DNA from: Cycas panzhihuaensis | Taxonomy: Eukaryota > Plantae > Cycadophyta | Length of the DNA: 64,000 nucleotides | NCBI GenBank assembly: GCA_023213395.1 | Contig: CM041465.1 | Location: 195,245,741-195,309,740 of the forward strand | Reading direction: 5' to 3' | Shown: in pieces, positions 46,945 through 59,700 of the stretch | Layout: every line of letters begins with the position of its first letter | How positions within the stretch are numbered: the stretch's first letter is position 1 | Notes under the pieces: generated by a model | What the model saw: only the letters and a program-made list of their open reading frames with translations | What the model was told of the DNA's origin: nothing | Databases searched by the model: none | Program-made: the position numbers and the translations under genes

Positions 46945-47220
46945 AGATAACTACAAGTTTGCCAAGCTAGTAATCAAACTAATTATTATTTAAGAAGCTG
47001 AGATATATTACTAAATAACTCCTTGTTATGTCCAAATTAAATTTGGTTATGAGGATAGTAGGAACTAATTAGTTTGAATATATGGAGTACTTGACTAACC
47101 CAAGGATCTAAATGGTAGTGGAATTAGATTTTAGGATTGGGAGAACCTTTGTGAGTAGGCCTTGTATTATTGGACAACCATGTTTTTCTAGGAAGATGAT
47201 GAAGGATTAGTTAAGGGAGC

Positions 47221-50052
47221 TATTTCCCACCAATTAATGGATATCGACAGTCGGTGTAAGCATAGGTATGCTTCGTCCTTTTCGCCTTTATTATTTCTTT
47301 GGGAAGGTAGATAGAAGCATTATCTCATTGCATGATTAACTGTCACATTTGGGTGATTATCATGCATCCATTACTTGATCACGCTGCTTGTCATGTTTTC
47401 AGCCTATGATGACTCACGAGACCTACCTCTCCATGAGATAGGCTTCCCTATGGCGCTCTACGACCCTCTGTGCCACCTCCACGTCACCTCAAGCCTCACT
47501 TAACTTGTGTGATCTGCTCACACCTTGATCTTACATCCCTTTCATAGCATTTCTGGGAATCTTAACTCCTAATGTCTCATTTGGTCTAGCCCACATATAA
47601 CCCGGATTGTCCCTAGCCACTTGGACAGGAGGGCTAGCCCCTCCTAGACCTATCACATCTCCATTCAGGGCTCCTAGAACCCTGGCCATTGCTATTTTAT
47701 CATTCTGGTCTTGCACCATTGTAAATTAAGCAGTATCGCGAAGTTTACCACAGTACAACAAAGTTTACCACGGTGCAACTGCTACACTTTATTTTTTTTA
47801 TCCGTCATAGAAATTCTCACTTTTTTCGTGGAATTGCCACGTGGGTAAGTTACCAACTCAGCCCTACCTGAACCCTAATCACTCGATCAGGGTTAGGATG
47901 GGTATATATCCCGAAAAGTACCTCATTTTACATCTCTTAGCTCTCTAACAACACTTTCTACTACTATAATTCTGCTCTCTTTCTCCTGTCTTTCACAGGT
48001 GTGCCTGCAACACTGGTGTTTTTTGCTGTTCCAGCCCAGGATTCACCTACAGCAGCTTTATCATGTGGCAGAAAACTCTCTACCAAGCATTTCCAAGCGA
48101 GATCTCCAAGTTTATCCTTCAGTTCTGTCTAGCAAGTGTCTTCTCCAGCTCCACTTTGTGAGGTACCCTACAAACCTTACAGGACCTACCCTCTTCCACT
48201 GTTTGTAGGGGTAGGTTTGCCCCTAACATAGCTTAGCAGGTACCCCTTACCTTAGTTTTATGTTTCAGCATATATTTACTCCAAAGGAGCTTATTTGAAA
48301 GTATACTCTCCCCCCTTTTTTGTCTTTTTGTTGTAAAAGGGATTGCTCTTTCTTGTGTTTGGTTTCAAATACCTCAATCATCCTTCCATTCTCTACTGGT
48401 TTCTCTCAAGAAAGCTACAGGAGAGGGGCCATAAGGATTGGGTGAAGGGAGTAAGGTGGGATCCATCCCATTCAGACCTACTCCCCAAGGGCAAACCCCT
48501 TCCCATCCTTCCTCTCTAATGCCTGTGCTTTCCTTGGGCAAACTAGGAGTTGGTGAGATCAAAGCCTGTGCTGGATATTAGCGTATATAGCCCTTGCTGC
48601 ACTGGTTCTAGGCATGCATGCTCTCCCTTTAGGCCCTCTTTATGCCCCTAACATTATCCATCACCTATTCGGACCTTTGGCAAGGCCTGTATGATGATTC
48701 GCTGCCCATAGCAACTCCGCTACTTAGGCATCTCTTCCACGTCTTGTAATATTTATTCTCGTGCTTGTTCACTGCTCATAGGTTGTCACATAACCATCAT
48801 CCTTTACATTATGAGGCTGCGTGGAGGTCCACTTGCGAGGAGTTTTTCCATCCTAAGGCTAGCCTCCCTTTCTCGCTTGGTATACGTTGTTTTTCTTTTG
48901 ATGAGAGTAGAGTTGATTTGAGTAGTAGTTTCACTAACTTAAGGTACAAAATTTTAGCATTTGTTTTGTATCATTGCCTATATAGTATCTTGCATCTTGG
49001 TAGCCCCTTCTTGGAAGGGAAAACCCTTTGTGATTGTAGGTTTGTGGCAACATTTGTAAAGCAAAAGGACGCACTAATCTGGGTAAGTCTTTACCCTTCT
49101 TTCCTCTTCTATCTTTTCTCGCTTCCTTATATGTTTTTAGCTCTCTTTGCTTTCCCGCTTCATTTTGGTTCTTTACACGGGGAAGGTAAGGAAGCCCCTA
49201 CTTCACTTTCGCTCCAACTACAGTTACACATCAACTAAGGACAGGAGAGCATACGTGCCGTGCAAGCGAGGTTTCCTGATAACCACTCCACCTTTCAGGT
49301 ACGCGTCATCTCTCCTCTTCCACTTCCTTCTTTTTGTGCTCTTATTAGGCATCTATTGTATTTGTATAATAAGTCACATAAAGATCCAAAGGGTAATAAA
49401 CCAACTACTTGCATTTACTTTGCATATGCATGTTGCACGTTTGCTTCTATAGGAAAAGGACATAATAGGGATTGCACTCCTCCCGTTTTTCCTACCTAAA
49501 CCAAAAGCACCCCTTAGTTGCATTTTACTTTAGCATGCATGCTTGAATGCACACAAAGCACTTGTCTTCCTTTCTTTTCTTTGTCTTTTGTTATTAAAAA
49601 GAAAAAGAGAGAGAGGGAGTGTAGCTCTTAGTTGCCCTTTTACCATTCCTTTCTTCGGTTAGATTTGCCTTAGGCTAATTAGCCTAAGGGAAGCTTATCC
49701 ATACTTGTCTTAGGCCCTTTGCCCATTGTACCTTATCTTACGTCCCTTTGCCATAGGAACCTCTCCTTTGTGGGTCTCTCCTTCCCCCTTCCAGCCATCC
49801 AAGGGTAGGACGACCTTACCCTTTGGGACTATCTGAGATATCCCTGTGTGTATATCGCCTCTTAGAACTGAAAGCAAAAGCTACTCTGAGGAAGTTAGGC
49901 ACCATTCGCAGGTCCTGAACTCATGCTTTGACATACAGATGCCCTGTGTGGTGTTCTCTTCTACTTATAGGATTCCATCCATACCCCAGCATTAGTTGTT
50001 GACCACCTCAACCCCTACTAAGCGTAGTGACCATCTCGCAAACGCGATTCCA
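47221..50052 (+). repeat. 5' LTR (~2.83 kb)
   Basis: Colinear with 61613-64000 up to ~49630 (9 differences in 120 nt at 47281-47400; more elsewhere). Starts TA (decayed TG); end inferred from the PBS. Confidence 0.88.
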
Positions 50053-50053
50053 C

Positions 50054-50072
50054 CAGCGACCATATTGGGGAC
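50054..50072 (+). promoter_or_regulatory. Primer-binding site, Tat/Ogre-like (tRNA-Arg type)
   Basis: CAGCGACCATATTGGGGAC resembles TGGCGAC..CACTGGGGAC PBSs of Tat/Ogre elements. Confidence 0.65.
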
Positions 50073-50216
50073 CTGTCAGTAAGGGAGCTAGTCTCTATCT
50101 CTTCCTGTTGGTGCTACTACCTCTTAGTAGCTTTCTCCTTTTGTCCTTTTTATTGGGCAGTCCCCAATGCATACCTTGCATTCCTCTTCCTCTTCTAACA
50201 CACTGGTGAGTTTTGT

Positions 50217-53200
50217 ATGCGACGCTTCTCACGTCACCTACGAGGTTTGCCCCTGTTGTTAGAAGATCCCACATACTGCCTCCTTCCATCATCAAATTCT
50301 AATTTGACAATGGAAGGATATCCTTCGGATTAGGCATACCATGCCTTTGCTTCTAGAGACCATGAGTTCCCTACATCTTTCCCAGGGTCCATCCAAGAGG
50401 GTGATGACCCCATCTATTACCTGGGTGACCAACACCCATTTGATGTCCATCCCTCCACTCACAGAGTAGAGGGTCTGTCTTCTCTTAAGATTCATCACCT
50501 AGGTGGTGATTTTTACGAGGAGCATCTTGAGGGGTCCACTTCGTTTGAGGTCCCATCCACCTCTTACGATCAGGTGGATATCCCTCCCATCGATGTGGTT
50601 GAAGCCCTTAACGAGTGCTTTCGTGCTACCTGCCTTCAACCACATCCTAGGTAGTTTAAAGGTGCCTTGCGCAGTGGGGCATATTCCTCATCTGCATCTG
50701 CCCCACTATCTTCATCCACATCTACACCTCCTATAACAAGTAACCCATTTGTCCCAACGCATCTGTCCCGTCTAATTCTAACATCTACTTTAGGTCCATT
50801 GTGCTTCCTACTTCTCTTCGCAGTCCTAACTCTTCTAGGACCTCTCGCGGTGTGTCTTTCCCCCAGCTTGGGGTTAACATACCTCTCCCTAGCTAAGCAA
50901 ATACGCCACCACCAAATGTGGCACACACATTTCCCGTTAGACCTAAGGGTCTTGTTTCTGCAGCTACCTCTAGTCATGTGGGACCCGTTTTCACATGCTC
51001 CTAAACTCAGTCTAGTGGTCCTTCTCTTTACATACCCCCAGGCTATACATCTCAGCCTTGGGGGCATGGTAAAGGGAACCACATTCCTGTTTATGGGGTG
51101 GATCCTTTACATCCATATAGGGTCGCGCCATCCACGAATAGCCCATATGGACAGAATTCGGTCCCTCACCTCTCGTTTCCACCATCTTGCATAGCTCCTT
51201 ACATCGCGTCTTCACAAAGAGGCCTAACTCCTTTTCAAGATGCCTATCCTTAAGTCCCTTTTTAACAAGGGGCATTTCCTCAAGGAGGGATGAGCCCTCC
51301 ACCCCCATCCGTTCCTTGTTCATTGCCTTCTTTATCTTTTATCGATCCTATGATCTAGGTGAGGGCACGTCCCTTTATGGATTATAGATCGACACCCTTT
51401 TCTATTGAGACATTAAGGACCAACTTACCACCTCATCCCCCTGAAGTTTCCAAGTTTGACAAAACTTCATTGTAGGATCTAATAGAGCATGTCTGTAGTT
51501 TCTCTATGGCATGCATAGACTACTGGGCCTACGATCACATATTAATGAAACTATTTCCACGATCTCTTTAAGGCAATGCCCTCAAATAGTTCTATCAACT
51601 ACCCACTCATTCTATTTTCTTGTTTCAACAACTCATGGATGAGTTCATCAACTATTTTGATGTGGCTTGTCCATTTAAGAGTGGAATGAAATCTCTCCTC
51701 TTGCTTAAACAAGGTCACGATGAGATAAATCGTGACTTTGTGTAGTGATTCCATGACCTCCTCCATTCTACCAACACTACTTTGCTTGAGGAATTGAAGA
51801 GGGATATCTTTGTCAATGCACTACGCCCTAAAGTTCATGTGGAAGTCCTTAAGATGGGGGCAATTACATGTGATTTTGCTATTACGAAGTGCTTAGCACT
51901 TGAAGCTATTGAGATCTAGGTTGGGCTCAAGAAGCCCCTAAAGTCCTCACAGCGACGTGAGGCACCCTCGCCAACCAAAGAAACTAAACCTCAACAATCC
52001 ACTAGGTCTTCTTCCCACTCAACTGAGAAGACCCTAGACCCACTTATCTCTGCCATACATTCCTTCAAACGTATGATGAAGGAACTTAAACTTCAAGCTC
52101 GTTCGTCACCTACATCCAACAAGCTTCCCAAGCTACTCCTTCCAAGGGCGGCAACACCTAGTCCTTTCAAGTAAGGAAGTTTGATTCCTCGCTTGAGAAG
52201 AAGTGGTGCTCTGTTTATGGAGAATGCTTTCATGATGATTCACATTACCAGGTTCAACATCCTAAGGATTCCTCACAACGTGATTCATCTCCCAAATGGG
52301 CCTCAAGGCCTAACCTCGACCAACCTGTCCATAGATATCCGTTCCCCAAGCATGGGGAGCGCGATCGCAACTCCTAATAAAAGAACAATCAGAACTGGGG
52401 AAGATCTTTGAATCTGTGCCCTTCACATGGTAAAGAGAAGGGCATGTGGGGTTCGTCTTCTTCCTCGCGTTCCTCAGACCATCGTACCCTTTCACCTTTG
52501 TGATCTTGGAATAAGGGAAAGAAGGTGATCCAGATGCTTGAGGCCACCCCTATATATGCCTTGACTCAGTCTCAAGCCGCCAAAGAGGCAACCGACGCCT
52601 CTTCATCCATTCCACATCCTGATCCTCTTCCAGAAATCTCCCTTCTGGGAGTCCCTTTACTTCCCAAGACCATTCCCATTCGTTTGGGTCACTACGACTT
52701 CAGGAGAGCCCTTCCTCAACCTACGGTGAAGGGGAAGACCTTTTCTGTCATCAATGAGCTTTGTACCGTAGCTGTTGGGATGTCCATTATGAATGTCTTG
52801 AGAAGTTATCTTGAATAGAGGACACTCCTTTTAGAAGCTTTAGGATTAGGTGATGCGCCCGTTCATGCTTTGGGTATCGCCCAAGGTCGTGAGCCCATCA
52901 TTTCTTTTGATCCTAAAGACCTTCCTCCTACTTGTGAAAGGGGGCACCAGTGGAACTTCCCTTTCACCATTACTATCGATACACCTGATTGCACTTTATG
53001 AAGGACCGTTGTCGATAATGGTTCTTCCGTTAATACCATGCCCTTGTGTGTTATGCAAGAGCTCAGTATTTCTACCTTGGAACCCGTTCCATAGTAATGC
53101 CAAGCCTACGATGGTAGCGAGAAGACTCCTTTAGGATCTGTTTCGATCCCTCTTACTCTTGAGGACAAGACTGTCCTCACCGATATTATAGTCCTCGACA

Positions 53201-56200
53201 TTAACGCCGACTACAATCTCTTTTTGGGTCGACCATGGCTCGATCAAATGGGAGTTGTGTGTTTAACTTGCTGGGGACAACTCAAGTTCGTTCATGATGG
53301 GCGAATGAGGGTTGTTTCTCGCGAACTACTACCTACTAAATAATCCAGTCAAACCAACCAAGCGAGCCATGTTTATGTGAAGGGGGACAAAGGCCCTTCC
53401 ACCCATGCCTTTGCTTATTCTATCGACATTCCTGATTCATTTCATTTTGAAGGAGATCCCACATCTTCTTCTTCAAACCTTACCCATTTTGCTCATATTG
53501 GTGTTAGAAGCTATAGGTACCTTACCATATTTAGTGACGATGAGTCCCATGGCGAGGACGAGGACTTTCCTCACCCTGTTTCCTTTCTTCGCACCAGTAG
53601 GAGATGCTCTCCTTATTCTAGGTCCTAACCTAGAACCCCTCCTGTTAGAGAGATCGATCATTCCCTTGTATCGCATGTTATTACTTGCATTGATCCACCG
53701 ATCCTTGAGTCTTCCTCTTCATCGCCCCTCGTGGGTGATGAATCCAGGGAACTTCCTTTTGGCCCTTACGAGGGGCCCCTTCCTGACTCTTCCTTAGAGT
53801 CTCTTAAGGATGTTGGGTAGCCTATTAACCGCCATGGCCCCGTTGCTCCTACTTCCTCTCGCGTCTCATCTATTTGAAGTAAGGTCATCCATGGGGTAGA
53901 TTACTTCGAAGACGATGAGGCTCTACTCGAGCATCTAACGGGCTCCGCGCCTAGCCTTCCTTCTGGTCACCATAGACTTGGCCACCAGAAGGTCTTAGCG
54001 ATTAGCTCCACCCTCGCTAACCCAATCCCATCTCCTATTTTGTCTCCTCCCATTGACCTTGCTCCCCTTCATTTTGAGGAGGGTAATGCCATGTGCCTGG
54101 GGGAAACCTAGGATATAGTCCTCGCCCTAGGTAAGGTCATTAAGGTGGGGGCCGGATGTTCTCCTTATGAGGTAAGGGAATACTCCATTTTGTTCTAGGA
54201 GTTCCAAGATGTTTTTATGTGGGACTATTCTGACACGAAGGGAATTGACCCCTCCATTGTCACCCACAACCTTACCACAGTCCCTGGCGCTCACCCCGTG
54301 CACTAGAAGCAACGCCCACTACACCCTAAACTCTCAGTCGCTATCAAAATGGAGGTTGAGAAACTCCTAGATATAGGACTCATTACTTCCATTGATTACC
54401 CTAAATGGGTATCCAACATCGTTCCCATTGCTAAAAAGAATGAGACTATTTGGATATGTGTTAACTTCCGTGACATTAACAATGCATGTCCTAAGGATAA
54501 TTTCCCACTCCCTTTTATTGATCAGATCATCGATCGAACCACCAATTTCAAAGTCATGTCCTTGATGGATCGCTTCTCCGGTTACAATCAAATTCAAATC
54601 TCTCCTGAAAACTGCGATAAGACGGCCTTCACCACCCACCCCGTGGGGTACCTTCGCCTATAAGGCGATGCCTTTCGGATTGAAGAATGCAGGTACCACT
54701 TATCAAAGGGCAACACACTTCATCTTTCATGACCTTATCAACAACACGTTGGAGGTCTTTATGGATGATATGATGGGTCTCTCACGTGTTAGAGCCCATC
54801 ACCCCTCGGACTTGTGAGCCATCGTCACACGATGCCACAAGTACCACGCAAGTCTCAACCCGCTCAAATGCGTGTTCGCCGTCACTTCCGGTAAACTCCT
54901 TGGTTTCCTATTGTCAAAATAAGGAATTCAAATCCATCCTGACAAAGTCACGATAATCCTTGACATGTTGCCGCCTAGAACTCAATGACAGATTAAGTCA
55001 TTTTTAGGTAGGCTCAGATTCCTTAGGTATCTCTTGGTGAACTTCACTATGAATGCCAAACCTCTTACTAACCTATTAAAGAAGGGAGCCCTGTTTGTTT
55101 GGTCAGCTAAGGCCCAACAAGCTTTCGAAGGACTTAAGGAAGCCCTTGCTTCCGCTTTGGCATTGGTGCCCCCTCACTTTGATAGGCCCTTCATCCTATA
55201 TACCTCGACGACCGATGAGTCCTTGGGCACTATGTTGACCCAGGAGGATGATTCATGAACAGAGAAAGCTACTTACTTTATTAGTTGCACCCTCATGGCT
55301 TCCAAATTTAACTATTTTCTAACTGAGAAGGAGCACCTCTCCTTGGTTCACGCAACTAAGAAGTTGAGACACTACTTGCTCAGAAACATGACCAAGGTGA
55401 TCATTTAATCTAATCCCTTACGTTATTTACTCACCTGTTTCGACTTGACAGTCAGGACTGGTTGTTGGGTTATCCTCCTTCAGGAATTCGATCTCCATAT
55501 CGTCAACAGGAAATTGAAGAAGAGGATGGTAGTGGCAGAACATCTTGCAGATGCCCCTGTCCCTAACTCGTTCGATGCTCTCGTTGACGACTCTCTTCCT
55601 AATGAGTCTATCTTGACTATTCAGGGCACTCCTTTCCATCCACTCATTGATAGTGAGTGGTATGGTGACATCGTATGGTACCTTACTTAGCAATAATACT
55701 GCCCAAAAGCTAGTAACAAGGTTAGGTCACACATTCAGACCACCGCTAGGTAATACTTCCTTATGGATGAAGTATTGTACAAGAGATCCTTTAACGGGAT
55801 CCTCCTCTATTACGTCACTCCTGATGAAGTAGACCAGATACTCCGTGAATGCCACCATGGCATTTGTGGGGGCCATTTTTGGGGCCAATCCATGGCCCAA
55901 AGGATCCTTCATATGGGCTACTATTGGCCATCCCTCTTCAAGGATGTCCATGCCTATGCCTTGAGATGTCGGTGATGCTAAGAGCGCGCCAACATCACCC
56001 ACGTACCTTCTGAGGCTCTTCATCCCATCGTATCTCCATGGCCCTTCGCCCAATGGGGTTTAGACCTCATCGGAGTGATATCACTGCCTTCTTCATTGTA
56101 ACACAAGTTCATCTTGACTGCCACAGAGTACTTTACGAAATGGGTAGAAGCCATTCCCTTGATCGCTACCCCTAGCAAGACGATAGCTACTTTCATCTAC

Positions 56201-56902
56201 CAACATATCATTTTCTGCTTTGGGATTCTCGACGTCTTGATTACAGATAATAGAACTCCTTTTTATAACAAGGAGATGGATGATCTTTGTGAGAAATTCA
56301 AGATTTCTCACAAAACCTCTTCTTCTTATTACCTCCAGGCAAACGATTAAGTTGAATCATTCAACAAAACTCTCATCAACATCCTAAAGAAAACCGTTGC
56401 CCAATCCTAGAGAGATTGGCACCTTCATCTCCCTTTTGCCTTATGGGCCTATCGTACCTCTATCCGTGCGGCTATGGGAATGACTCCGTTCTCCCTAGTT
56501 TACGGGACCAAGGCGGTACTCCTATTGGAAGTGGAGATCCCCTCTATACGAGTTTCTCTTCGAGGTCTTATCGATGAGGAGTCTATTCGTCAGGCTTGCC
56601 TCTTAGATCTCAAGGCCTTAGGTGAGAGATGTTTAGCAGCTTACCAGGCAAACCTTGTATCTAAAGCCTGCTTATAAAGGACTTATGATAAATACCTTTC
56701 TTCTCATCCTTTACATCCCAGGGACCAAGTCCTCAAGTTGGAATATCTCCACGACTACTTGACCAAATTCAGATCCAAATGGGTTGGTCCCTTTGTTGTT
56801 CTCGAGAGTATTGATAATGGTGCCTATAGGATCACCACCCTGTTGGGCCTTGAATTTGAGAAAGCCATTAATGGGAAATTTGTTAAAAAATTCTATGCAT
56901 GA
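50217..56902 (+). pseudogene. gag-pol: gag-pol polyprotein pseudogene (gag, protease, RT, degenerate RNase H, integrase with GPF motif)
   Basis: gag core LMKLFPRSL*GNALK*FYQLP; protease VDNGSSVNTM ~53010; RT WVSNIVPIAKK..CVNFRDINNACPKDNFPLPFIDQ..MPFGLKNAG..FMDDM; INT CHHGICGGHF..GYYWP..TEYFTKWVEA..KWVGPF; stop 56900-56902. Start codon tentative; many stops are TAG/TGA. Confidence 0.92.
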
Positions 56903-57619
56903 TCTCTTTAATGTCATTTCCACACTCTGAAATGAGCCTAAACTACCATCCTAAGTGCATTCCCATTCCTCCTAGCCACAGGTAGGATGGCAGCTTGGCG
57001 TGGCCTTCCGTTTCCTTTGGGTTCCTCCCACGGAACCCCCGTTCTGATTCCTCTAGGAATCTTGTCTTCCTGCTTAGACATTCCCTCCAAGTAGGGCAAT
57101 ACGTTGGAGTGTCATTACTCCTTTATCATTTGCTCTTCCTTTGCATATTCTGCTATGTTCCCATGTGGACATATATGCCATCCTATCTCTTAGCCCCACG
57201 TTCCACTATTGCCACTGCTCATGGTGATTGTGTGTGCCTCTACTAGGAATATGGCCCTACATGAAAGGAAGTATGTATAACCTAAACGTAAACCACAGTA
57301 CAAAAATCATATAATAATCAACTCAAAATATCATCAACCATACCCTTGTGCATCCGTGCACCCTCATACACATACATACACAAACATAGAAACATAAATA
57401 TACATCATCCATCACATGTCATTATACATATCATCATGCATCAAATGGGGGTATCAATCGCCTCGTCTATATACATAAAACAATCATCATGTGTCATATC
57501 ATACAACTGGTATGGTACATTATTCGTGGGAAGCTGGAGTCCTTGCAAGGAGGAGTACAATCATGTGGTAACATATGGTGACTCCCTGGAGATCCGTGCT
57601 TTCCCCTGTCAGATCAAAA

Positions 57620-59700
57620 TTCTTACACTCTATTCTACTGCTGCCCCGCCCCTGGGGCCTCATCTCCTGGCTTGTGTGATCCCTCCCCTGGGGACCACAT
57701 ACCTCCTAGGCTCCTCTTGCGCCTCCAGGAGCTCTTCGCCTCGCTCCCCTCATCTCATGGCCTCCTATGGGTCATTGTTACCGTGTGTGTATGTGTCTTG
57801 CTCCGCGATGACCTCAGGGCCACCTCATCCACCAATCGATCGTATTGAGCCTAGATATGATCTCGATCTCCCTCTACTCCTCAGAGCCTCTCCTCCATCC
57901 CCTGGAGATGCTCCTCTATCACTACCATCTAGATCCGGCTCTCGGCATCCCCTCTAGCTCCTCCCTGGGCCTCCAATGCATGTACCTAACCTCGTAGGGC
58001 ATCCCTCTTAGCCTAGGTCTCATACAGCTCTGCCTGTAGGTATCTCACTCGTGCCTCGTGCTCCTGGGACTTTGCTATCCATACATCCCTCACCCTAACC
58101 AATGGGGCGGATGTTGTCATATGGGCACCTTCCGATCTGGGCTCGTCTCCTTCCTGGATGGGAGGTTGCCCCTCTGCGTAGGCCTAGGGGAACATCTCTC
58201 AGACTATTGCCTCCACCAATCTCTATATCTCCGCTATGCCTATAATCTAACACATCACATGTCAATATATGTCCATATACATGCCAAACCAAAATTAAAC
58301 ATTTGGTGATCGAAAGATGACAGGAGAAGGTAGTGTCTCACCTACTGCGACCGCTAGATCCTCGATTTGGATGATGGCCTTTGCCTCGGGTACTCCACCA
58401 ACTGCAGGTACCTCCTCCTCCTCTGGCACCTCCTCAGCCACTGCCTCAGCTACTAGGATGTCCCTCCTCTCCTCTGCTGGTGTCGCTGGCTCCCCGGGTC
58501 TCTTGAGTATCCGTAATCTCTGGGCTCGGGTCACTAGGCCCCTGCTCTCCTCTATAGCTCTTGAAGGGCCCGCCTCTCCTCCTGTGGTCCTCGATAGACC
58601 TACCTCTCCTCCTACGGTCCTTGATGGACCTGCACCTCCTCCTGCAGCTCCTGACGGGCTAGCCCGTCACTACCATCTCCTCCATCGCCACCGTCTCTTA
58701 GGCAGCTCTTGCCCCACTTGCCTCGTCATCGTTGTCCCACCTCATCACCCAATATGGATCTAATATGAAATCTGCCATGGCAAGGAGGTCCAGTGATGTG
58801 GCCTCCACCAAGCGACGGACATGTGCCTAGTCCTCGGTCCCCCTGAACCTGGTCTGCAAATTGTATACCATGGGGGCCCACTCTAAAATAGGGTGTGGTC
58901 CCCCTAACAGTGCCACCACTCCAAAGTGATAAAAAAACCAACACTGTAGAAGGGTGTTGTATGATAATCTGCCCTTCCCTGCCACTCGAATTGCATCCAT
59001 CTCAGCGATGAGGTTCACCACTATGAGGGTAGGCTAGTCTAGTCTCTCTCCAGCCTCACATCTCCTCACAACATCCATCCACCCACTAAGAATGTTTCGA
59101 TAGTTATGTTTCCAGGATATTCAGAAAAGAATGTATAGTGTGATCAACTTCCTTATACGAGGGACTCCTAACATCACCATACTCTGCAAGGGGATACCTC
59201 TCCTCTCCCATATGTCCAAGCCCGTGAAGTACGTGGCTGCCTCCCTGTGTGCTGCTTCATTGCTAGGCAACACTCCTAACGATGTTGGCCTCCCTGTCAC
59301 CGGCACTCCCAATATCCACCTAATATCCCCTAGTGTGAATGTCATGTCTTCTACCTGGGGTAGATGGAACACGTGTCTCCGTCTGTCCTAGTATGAGACG
59401 ATGTCTACCAAGAGCCTCTGATCTGATGTATACTATGGCATCCTTGTGACCTTCAGCAAGCCACACCTAGCCAAAACTTGTCTGTCCTTCCAAGACATCA
59501 TCTCAATAAAGCTCAACATTTCCATGCCGATGTTCTTGCAGTTGTCCACCGTGATCACCGCATACAAAACACCCCAAAACAAGTCACAATGTCACTCATG
59601 CTCACCTCTCTATCCTCAAGACTGTACCTCATCCTTATTTGGTCAAGATTTAGGTGCCCTTGAGCCTGCTTCTTTATTTTTCACTAGGTTTTCCTTTGCA
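57620..59700 (-). pseudogene. Antisense gene: aminotransferase-like Plant Mobile Domain (PMD) + low-complexity linker + coiled-coil-like C-terminus
   Basis: Reading through decay stops: GLLKVTRMP*YTSDQRLLVDIVSY*DRRRHVFHLPQVEDMTFTLGDIRWILGVPVTG and LLQCWFFYHF match PMD consensus motifs (W...THTFHLP.GE.T.TL.DV..LLGLPV.G; LLQ.W..EHF). Downstream frame IAEI*RLVEAIV*EMFP*...EARVRYLQAELYET*AKRDALRG*VHALE. Ends approximate. Confidence 0.82.
58558..58665. repeat. 33-bp period minisatellite (3+ copies) within the antisense gene
   Basis: cttgaagggcccgcctctcctcctgtggtc / ctcgatagacctacctctcctcctacggtc / cttgatggacctgcacctcctcctgcagct; encodes GGxAGPSRT-like 11-mers on the minus strand. Confidence 0.8.

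Larger units (their letters stand above)
42250..47220 (-). pseudogene. gag-pol: Old Tat-type gag-pol relic, host of three later insertions
   Basis: rc 45650-45815 = EHVRVSILACIDNTTYDFIILKLFSRSLQGDALK*LYQLP (homologous to gag at ~51485-51610); protease IVDLEYSINVMP ~44415-44455; RT start (CINFKNIN..PKD..PFIDQI) ~43190-43380; RH remnants to ~42250. Confidence 0.8.

Noticed and set aside
48765-49499. ORFs open in both LTRs (48765-49238 / 62989-63609; 49147-49452 / 63518-63823)
   Set aside because: Shared only because the LTRs are duplicates; T/C-rich stop-poor composition, no recognisable domain, differing starts.
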